A stretch of DNA of 20,000 bases from Vermamoeba vermiformis (Eukaryota), in NCBI GenBank assembly GCA_045837725.1, contig JBEWZL010000098.1:360884-380883 (forward strand), in the 5' to 3' direction. A model generated the notes under the pieces. That model saw only the letters and a list, made by a program, of their open reading frames with translations. It searched no databases and had not been told where the DNA came from. The translations under genes were made by a program, and so were the position numbers. Positions 12,983 to 20,000 of the stretch are shown in pieces (positions within the stretch are counted from its first letter, which is position 1; each line of letters opens with the position of its first letter).

Positions 12983-13890
12983 CTACTTGGCATTAGATTT
13001 GGACTTCTTGGTGAAGTTTGTAGGTGACGAAGGTTCATCACGTTTGCGCTTTTTGGAAGTTGCCGGGGTTTCATCCATGATGCCAGGCACATAAGGAGTC
13101 TCAGGCAAATCCTCATCCACGGCCATCTTAGCAGGAGTGTCAGGCAGTCCCAGTGGCTCATCATCTTCATCACCTTCTTGCACTTTGTTTGTAACAATCT
13201 CAAACAAAGTGTTTTGAAGGGCTGTGGCATCTTCTTGACTGGACAAGCGTGAGGAAATGAACCTTGAAACATGCTGGCATGCCACCTCCTTGTTGTCGGT
13301 AAGCATGAAACCAAGGTAGGTAGCTGTCATGTTGACGCAAGCAATGTAAGATGCTGCCGAGCACTCGTTGAAAACAATGACAAAAGGGGCAGGAGGAGCA
13401 AAGGCCTATCTATAAGTCAGCAAACGAAAGGTGGTGAAAAAAAGAAACTTACCCGAATAACAAACTCAAACATTTCAATTGGAGGCTGCCTTGGATACAT
13501 AGGAGGTGCAGCAGTGGAAGCTCTTGCACGCAAGTGCTCTTCCTGTGTTGGTGCTTTGAAGGTACCATGAGACCAGTATTGACTTCTGTGGCGTGCCCCA
13601 TCCAAATCTTCATCATTAAAGTGTGGCTGGCCACCTTTCACCTTGAGAAAGTAGAAGTCCCAGCAAGTTGCTGCAGGGCGGTCTTTTTGAAGGACCCGCG
13701 CAGGAGGATACGACATCACTCCAGTGTACTTGAAGTCGAACTCCAAAGTATTTTCCTTGGCGGATAGACCAGTGAAAATAGTTGGGGAGTCTGCTGGCTC
13801 AGCAATAATCACAACCCTGCCATTTTCGAGGACAGACTTCATCATTGCATTCCAATGGGCGTTAGAAATTCTTCCAGTGCAGTTATTCAT
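12983..13890 (-). CDS. Orphan protein of ~286 aa with an acidic low-complexity C-terminus and a basic NLS-like motif (exons 13890-13453, 13405-12983; may extend 5' through upstream exons)
   Basis: A 47-nt phase-0 intron at 13406-13452 (GTAAGT..CTGAC..TAG) joins ORFs 13417-13890 and 12983-13330 in frame. The C-terminus reads EGDEDDE...SKKRKRDEPSSPTNFTKKSK, and AATAAA follows on the minus strand near 12930. No family recognised. Confidence 0.7.
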
Positions 13891-14010
13891 ATATACTACA
13901 GGGCTTGGCCAAACAGGGCTAGCCCTAAAAATTATCCAAAAAGTTTTGTAAAGTCAAACTATACTGGTGGTTTTTCAACCAAGAGTTTGACATTGAGCAA
14001 GAGTTGTAAA

Positions 14011-14130
14011 GTGCTAACGAGAGTTGCCGAGCACTAACGAGAGTTGCCGAGCACTAACGAGAGTTGCCAAGCACTAACAAGAGTCGCCGGGCACTAACGA
14101 GAGTCACCAAGTGCTAACAAGAGTTGCCGT
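14011..14130. repeat. 20-bp minisatellite, 6 copies (consensus GCACTAACGAGAGTTGCCGA)
   Basis: Six consecutive 20-mers read directly, plus a degenerate partial copy at ~13999-14010. Confidence 0.95.
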
Positions 14131-14269
14131 GAGAACACTAATAAATAAAACATTTAAACAGGCAAACATATTTAAAGATCATTTATTCTTTCTATTGTTA
14201 CAATAACCATTACTAAAAAGCTAAAAATAAAGAGTTAGCTACAGTTAAAAATTAAAAGAGAGATGATGT

Positions 14270-14703
14270 AAAAAAATTCATCAAAAACTGCATGACCATG
14301 CTGGTCATGAACTAAGAAAAATAAAGTCCAAAACTTCATGACCACACTGGTCACGAACTAAAAAATTAAAGTCCTACGAGGTCGTCTCCATGGAGAGACG
14401 ACATCTGAAAAAAAACTAAGTCCTGCGAGGTCGTCTCCAGCGGGAGACGATGTTAAAAAAAACTAAGTCAAAAACTTCGTGACCGCACTGGTCACGAACT
14501 AAAAATTAAAGTCCTACGAGGTCGTCTCCACAGGGAGACGATGTTAGAAAAAAACTAAGTCCAAAACTTCATGACCACACTGGTCACGAACTAAAAAATT
14601 AAAGTCTCGCGAGGTTGTCTCCCTAAGGAGACGATGTATGAAAAAATTAAGTCCGGCAGAGGTTGTCTCCCTATGGAGACGATGTCGGAAAAAACTAAGT
14701 CCT
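14270..14703. repeat. Array of nine ~44-50-bp hairpin units of two types, in the order A A B B A B A B B, with a shared A-rich linker
   Basis: Type A, TTCRTGACC-N5-GGTCAYGAA, at 14291, 14335, 14476 and 14568. Type B, TYGTCTCC-N4-GGAGACGA, at 14381, 14431, 14522, 14615 and 14663. The linker AAAAA(C/T)TAA(A)GTC lies between units. Confidence 0.93.
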
Positions 14704-15011
14704 AAACTAACTTACCTTTGGCCGTATGGTTTGTAGCCAGTTGAGGTATGCCTCAACGCACCGAAGGTTGTAACGGAACCACAGAGCGAAAGGTATCTGC
14801 TGAACGAGCAGGACTTGGGAAATTCGTTAGTTAGATGTGGAAAAATTAATTCGAACTGGCTTACCAGCTGCTGGAGGGTTGTTCAAAGTAGTGAAGATAT
14901 GCCAACTTTCTAATGTGCGTGCACGTGTATTCGCGGGAGCCAGCTGCCCTAAACAAACAAAAGTTCAGTCAGATGCCGCGCACTCGAAAATTATTTTAAA
15001 AATTTAGTGCG

Positions 15012-15175
15012 AGTCCTAGGAGGTCGTCTCCACCGCGGAGACGACCTACAAAAAAAACAAAGTCGTAGGAGGTCGTCTCCACCGTGGAGACGATCTACGA
15101 AAAAAACAAAGTCGTAGGAGGTCGTCTCCCTAAGGAGACGATGTAAAAAAAATAAAGTCCAGCAGAGGTCGTCAA
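15012..15175. repeat. Second array of type-B hairpins (3 full copies plus 1 truncated, 49-bp period)
   Basis: AGGTCGTCTCC-N4/5-GGAGACGA at 15021 (11-bp stem), 15070 and 15119; truncated GAGGTCGTC near 15166. Confidence 0.92.
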
Positions 15176-15350
15176 ACAATCATACCCTTGGCCATAATGG
15201 GTTGTAGTGGGCCACGATGCTCCACAGCAGGTTGTAATGCCATGACAGGAGCCGTAGGGCGAAAGGAAATTCGAATGAGCTTCGAACGTTAGATCAAAAT
15301 TTGAACTCAAGTAAACTTAGCTTACCTCACACAAGTTGCACGGTGCCAAT

Positions 15351-15417
15351 CCAGCAGTACCTAAGTTGTTCATGAGGTGGCCAGCAGTACCTAAGTTGTT
15401 CATGAGGTAGCCAGCAG
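15351..15417. repeat. 30-bp tandem duplication (2.2 copies)
   Basis: CCAGCAGTACCTAAGTTGTTCATGAGGT(G/A)G occurs twice, followed by CCAGCAG. Confidence 0.95.
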
Positions 15418-15926
15418 CACTGCACAAGCAATAAAAATTAGATGCCGCGCATCTAAAAATTACGGATTTAAATTTGTTTGCTTACCGAATGCTGTGTACT
15501 CGTGGGCTCCCACCTAATTGCATTCTCCTTTGATTTGAGACACGGTAGAAACCAACAGTGAGTTCGAAGAACAGTTAGTATCCCGGACCCGCACCGATCA
15601 GCTGAAAACGAAATATTAGCGTAAATTAAAAATATTCTGAATTTAATTAATGTTAGGGAAACTTACCTCAGTGCACTGCGCACCGTACAAGCACATATTG
15701 GGAAACAGACAGCCGATCGGCACCCAGAACCTTGGCCACAAAGCAGCTGTGTTGCGTTGCGTTCTACAACGCAGTAAACAAGGAAACAATATTCAATAAA
15801 ATTAAATTCACGACCATTGTGGTGATCGTGGTGCTGGTGGTTGTTTATCCAAGTTAGTTTCGCGTGTTAAATTTGTCCGCTGTGCCAGGATTTATCCCAG
15901 CACAAACAATTTTTGGCAGCACGTGC

Positions 15927-16404
15927 TGTCGACGCACGTCGGTTTTCATTGTCGACGCACGTCGGCTTTGGCCTAAAAAAGGAAGTGACCGTTATTCATT
16001 CAGCGTTTATTAAAACTTTGACAGAGCAATGCAACAAATCGACCACACGGGTCGATTTATTTATTTATTACAGCTGTAATAAACAGAAAGTAACGCGCCG
16101 CGGCATCAGAGCCGTTCCAGCGCGAGTTATTTGGATGGAGAGCTGATGCAAAATGTCGCATGCGTTATTTCGCATCAGTAATTCAACAAATCGACCACAA
16201 GGGTCGAAATACTTATTGTTGTGAGCTATTAACAGCGGAAAGTGACGCGCCACGGTCGCAATGGCCGTTCAGCGCGAGTTATTTTGATGGAAACCCGATG
16301 CGAATCCGGATTCTTAGTTAAATCGACCACAAGGGTCGTATTATGGATATCATTTAGTTCCTGTGTATATATCCGTCACGCTCAACGATATTCAGCGTCG
16401 TTGC
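15927..16404. promoter_or_regulatory. Putative bidirectional promoter with repeated palindromic sites
   Basis: Lies between the divergent spliced units. Contains two copies of GTCGACGCACGTCGG (~15928, ~15951), TCGACC-ACA(A/C)G-GGTCG at 16039, 16191 and 16323, and GCCGTT(C)CAGCGCGAGTTATTT twice. Function is inferred from position. Confidence 0.5.
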
Positions 16405-16429
16405 TGCGCGATATACGAGTCAGCAATTT

Positions 16430-18485
16430 GTTCGCGATCGGATGACGCGTTGGACGCATCGAAATAATTCGTAAGTTATTTCATATTAATAACAATAATG
16501 AATATTATGCAATGAATGTGTCCTTTTGAAATTTAAAATTCAAGATAAAAAAATTAATTGCATTATTCGATCGAGCTTTCCGCTCGAACCAAAGTAAAAT
16601 AATTATTTATATTATTGTTTATATATTTTATTAATCGTAATTTTACAGGTTATTATGAAGAAGGCGCGAACCCAGACCGGATGGGTCGATCGAAAACTCG
16701 ATGCGTGTCAGGCCAAGTTTTCTTGACCGGTAAGTGATTTAATATAGTTAATTAAATACTAAACGGTCTAACATTGTTTCTTTAGGTCTTAACAAAAGTA
16801 CAGAACGGATCTCGATCGCGAACTTCACGCGATAAAAAATTTATAGAGAAGGGTAAGTTATTAAGATGATTAATATTTATCGATATTACTGCAGTATTAT
16901 TAACGTTTTATAATTACAGATACGTTCTAATTGGCTTGTGAATGTTTTTACAGTCCACGCAAGTCCACGATCCGTACACGTAGCGATCCGTTAAAATTGC
17001 TTAGTCTTTAAGCAAATAGTTTTAAAGGTAAGTAAATCGATAAATATATATATTTATATATATTTCTAATGTTTAATTAATAGCAGTGTCCGATTACCGT
17101 CAAGTTTTCGCGATCCGAGTCAAATGGATGCCGCGACGGTAATTCAGCAACATGCCTTAGTTTTTAATGGTAAGCTTGTAAAGACGTTTATTACGATGTG
17201 TTCTAATACAATGTAAACCAGGAAGGGTTAACATGACCCGTGAAGAAACATCAACGAGTACGAATCCGCGATCCAGCAGCGGATTCAACTTTTAATCAAA
17301 GGCATCGAGTGCGCCAACGGTAAGTATAACGCGTTATACATTATGAATATCTAACGGTTGTCTGCCCCAGATTTGCTCACGGAGCTGACTACACGGATCG
17401 AACGATCTCGATCCGTACCACGTTAGTAGAGCGCGTCTAACGCGAAAAAGGTAAGTACAACGCATTATTTATAATTGTTATATTGTAATGATTCATTTAA
17501 TTTCGATAGAATAACAGTCTTCACGGACTTAACGGATCCGCGAGATCCAGTATGGTGCGCGTTATTACTCAGCAATGGTAACGCTGTATATCGCGGTAAG
17601 TCGCTAATTCAATAGTAGATGCAACGTGCTAACACGTTATTTAACAGAACTTATCAAGCCCTTGAATAGTTAGTCAGTTGGCGCGGATCGATCCAGCGAG
17701 ATCGGATCCGAAAAAATTGAATGGCCTTATTCAAAGGCTCTTAAGGTAAGTAAAGATCGTTTAATGATATATTTAATATAATATTTAACGCTAACTTTAA
17801 TTATAGAACTTCTGGCGATGCGATCACGGATCTTAGGCGCGATCTGACCCGCGAAGAAAAGTCAGTCAGATCGCTAACAAATCTCACAGGTAAGTCTCAT
17901 TATTGTTTATTATGAATACTAACATTATTTTCTTACTAATTAGAAACGAGTGAAGGGTTATTTTACAAGAACAGACGCGATCGCCACAGCTCACGGATCA
18001 AGATAAATTTTCACGTAGCGCATTGACCGCGCTCCAAGTAAGCAAGATAAAGTTTAATATGCTTATAATTACGTACTAACGTTATTATTAAATTAGTGGA
18101 GACGTGCTGTGATATTTGAATCAGTGATGAGTGATAGTAATGCCTGTAGCATCAAAGCGTTCCAGCGCGTAATTACGGATGGAGACGATGGCTAAATGAT
18201 CGCACTTCTTTTCCTTAGCAACTTAACAGATCGACCACAAGGGTCGTATTATTATTATTTTGATTAAAACCAAGTTGTAAGTTTATTTAGCAATTTTATG
18301 CGTTTGCTAACACCCTTTTAGTAGGGAATTCAAGGTTTTTACATTGCCGTTCCCGAGTTGATTCCTCACTCCAACGGATCGAGATTTTGCCATTTTTAGA
18401 AGGCATCTCACGAGCAATTTTGACTATTTAACTTGTAAAATTAATTGTAAAAGGACTTTAAATAAAAGCGTTTCGCATAAATAAA
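16430..18485 (+). ncRNA. Putative 13-exon non-coding RNA built from GATC-centred hairpin modules (copy 1)
   Basis: Introns at 16471-16648, 16730-16785, 16853-16919, 17028-17083, 17170-17221, 17320-17370, 17451-17509, 17596-17647, 17746-17806, 17890-17943, 18038-18096 and 18277-18321. All start GTAAG and end YAG; most have CTAAC/CTAAT/TTAAC branch sites. Exon 17648-17745 and segment 16954-17027 have stops in all three frames. AATAAA at ~18461 and ~18480. The ends are approximate. Confidence 0.72.
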
Positions 18486-18535
18486 ATTGATAAAAATCTC
18501 GCCGGAGGGAATTACAAAGATCTGGATGCGTTATT

Positions 18536-18768
18536 TTTATTAAAACTTTGACAGATCGACCACAAGGGTCGTCATATTTATGTTTTATTGATAATTAACA
18601 TATGGTAGTTACGCGCCACGGTTGGAGCGGCCGTTCAGCGCGAGTTATTTTGATTTGAAGTCGATGCGAACTTGGATTCGCGTCAGATCGACCACAAGGG
18701 TCGAATTATTTATAGTATTTAGTTTAGTGTATATATTGTACACGCCCAACGATATTCAGCGTCGTTGC
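18536..18768. repeat. Diverged direct repeat of the 16006-16404 promoter-like module
   Basis: Shared blocks in the same order: TTTATTAAAACTTTGACAGA, TCGACCACA(A/C)GGGTCG, ACGCGCCACGGT, GGCCGTTCAGCGCGAGTTATTTTGAT, TCGACCACAAGGGTCG, CAACGATATTCAGCGTCGTTGC. Confidence 0.9.
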
Positions 18769-19179
18769 AGCGCGAGGCGTCAGCGTGCATCTTTCGGTCG
18801 CTAAATCTACGAACAGTAAGTTAAAATTTTGATGGCGGTCGTAAGATATAACTTACTTCCACCATTTATAATAATAGAATAACGTTAAACAGAGGTCAAT
18901 TTTTTTCCTATTTTTAGAATCAATCGGATCGAACTTAGTGCTCGAAAATTAATAATAAAACTAATCAAAAACGATAATATAGACCCTATTATTAAATATT
19001 AATCGGTTTTTTTATTATAGAACCCGACACGAAAAAATTACCACGATCGAAAGTTTTATTTTCTTTCGATTCGTTGGATCTCGACCACCAATGGTCGTTA
19101 AATGTTATTCAGTACTGTTTCGTTCGTTTCCTGCGTTGGCTGGTATTCTCACTGCTCGCTCGTGGGGTCGCTAGCTCGA

Positions 19180-20000
19180 TGGCGCGATCGGATGCGTGGA
19201 ACGCGTCCAAATAATACGTAAGTAATTATTTTAATATATTAGATATTAGAACGACGCAATGAATGCGTCGATTTCGTATTTAAAATTATAGTTAAAGTAT
19301 TAAAAATTTAAATTCACGGATCGAGTTTAGTGCTCGATTTAATTTCGAAATTACGCTATAAATATTATTATACTAATATTTTAACGTTTATTATGGCAGG
19401 GATCGTGCGATTGAAGAGGTCTCGAACCGCGTCCGATCAGTCGCTGCTTAGATCCGTGAAGTGTACACAGAGAACCGCAGGTAAGCAATTCGATACTATT
19501 TAATTGATAATTTAAACCATGCTAACACTTCATATTAGGCAAACCAACGCAAAAAACGGCGGATCTAGATCGCGGACTTGACGCGATAACAGCTATGGCT
19601 CGTCTCGTCAGTTGCTCTTGGTAAGGATAAAAATTCATAGAAAATGATGACCAATAACATTCAATAGAATGCTATATGATAACAGCGCGATTATTCAGCA
19701 GGTGAACCGCTTCGATCCAGCGCTGCTCTGGATCCACAAATTTCGCTTGAATGGCTCATTCATTATAGAAAGTGAGTAAAACGCGTTCTATATAATACTA
19801 TAATCGCTAATACTTTCACTTTTTAATTATAGGAGTTGATTGGTGCGATAATTGGAGATCAAACAGCGCGCGATCCGATCTCGGCGAAGTACGCAATCTG
19901 TACCCTAAGGCCGCAGAACGCTTCGTAAGTTAATATATAGCTAGAAGGTAGATGATGTTAACGATTCTTATTATTATTTAGGCTGTAATCGCTCACGGTG
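19180..20000 (+). ncRNA. Second, paralogous multi-exon hairpin-module RNA (copy 2), truncated by the window end
   Basis: Introns at 19218-19399, 19481-19538, 19621-19667, 19772-19832 and 19925-19981. The end of exon 1, the long first intron and the exon-3 core match copy 1. A possible extra upstream intron starts at 18816. Confidence 0.7.

Larger units (their letters stand above)
14716..15850 (-). other. Multi-exon 5' leader or upstream exons of the minus-strand unit (exons ~15850-15812, 15763-15667, 15601-15486 possibly split, 15419-15326, 15279-15186, 14948-14865, ~14800-14716)
   Basis: Minus-strand donors GTAAGT (15666, 14715), GTAAGC (15485, 15325, 14864), GTATG (15185) and GTGAAT (15811), with matching branch and AG sites. 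Coding status is unclear. Confidence 0.55.

Noticed and set aside
14381-15141. Synthetic Golden Gate scar (paired BsmBI sites, CGTCTC-N-NNNN-N-GAGACG)
   Set aside because: The geometry matches in some units, but others are degenerate (TGTCTC, 5-nt loops), show CpG decay and have no vector sequence nearby.
14270-15175. CRISPR array
   Set aside because: The context is eukaryotic, no cas genes are present, and the would-be spacers are only two recurring palindromes rather than unique sequences.
16649-18037. Protein-coding multi-exon gene
   Set aside because: At least two exons have stops in all three frames, and the stops are too numerous to be explained by occasional assembly indels.
15913-18804. 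Short ORFs 15913-16146, 16242-16445 and 18622-18804 sharing an STTRV peptide
   Set aside because: The shared peptide is just the translation of the repeated TCGACCACAAGGGTC palindrome.
16471-19981. Intronic snoRNA host gene or spliced-leader RNA array
   Set aside because: The introns are mostly 47-67 nt and AT-rich without paired C/D boxes (RTGATGA near 18124 and 19644 has no nearby CTGA). The exons are not identical, as SL repeats would be.
16649-20000. tRNA cluster or tRNA-derived repeats
   Set aside because: The exons are tRNA-sized with several hairpins, but I see no acceptor stems or correctly placed GTTCRA T-loop/B-box.

Overview
Eukaryotic DNA, probably a compact protist genome (inferred from ~45-65 nt GT-AG introns with CTAAC/CTAAT branch points and short intergenic gaps). 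Bases 1-12.2 kb hold five ordinary intron-containing genes: a membrane-anchored coiled-coil protein (partial), a secreted GH28 hydrolase, a thermolysin-family (M4) peptidase with IPT/TIG domains and a GPI-like tail, a FUSC/ALMT-like transporter and a secreted beta-propeller-like protein. Two of these carry apparent single-base frameshifts. Bases 12.2-20 kb are quite different. On the minus strand is a CpG-eroded unit encoding an orphan ~286-aa protein with an NLS-like motif, preceded by a multi-exon leader whose introns carry arrays of two alternating hairpin types. On the plus strand, diverging from a region with repeated TCGACC-N5-GGTCG palindromes, is a 13-exon apparently non-coding unit. 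All 12 of its donors are GTAAG, they recur about every 145 bp, and the internal exons are distinct GATC-centred, multi-hairpin modules. A second, diverged copy follows in tandem and runs off the window. This spliced array of structured modules is the main candidate for an undescribed system. Splice models were made by eye; no expression or database evidence was available.
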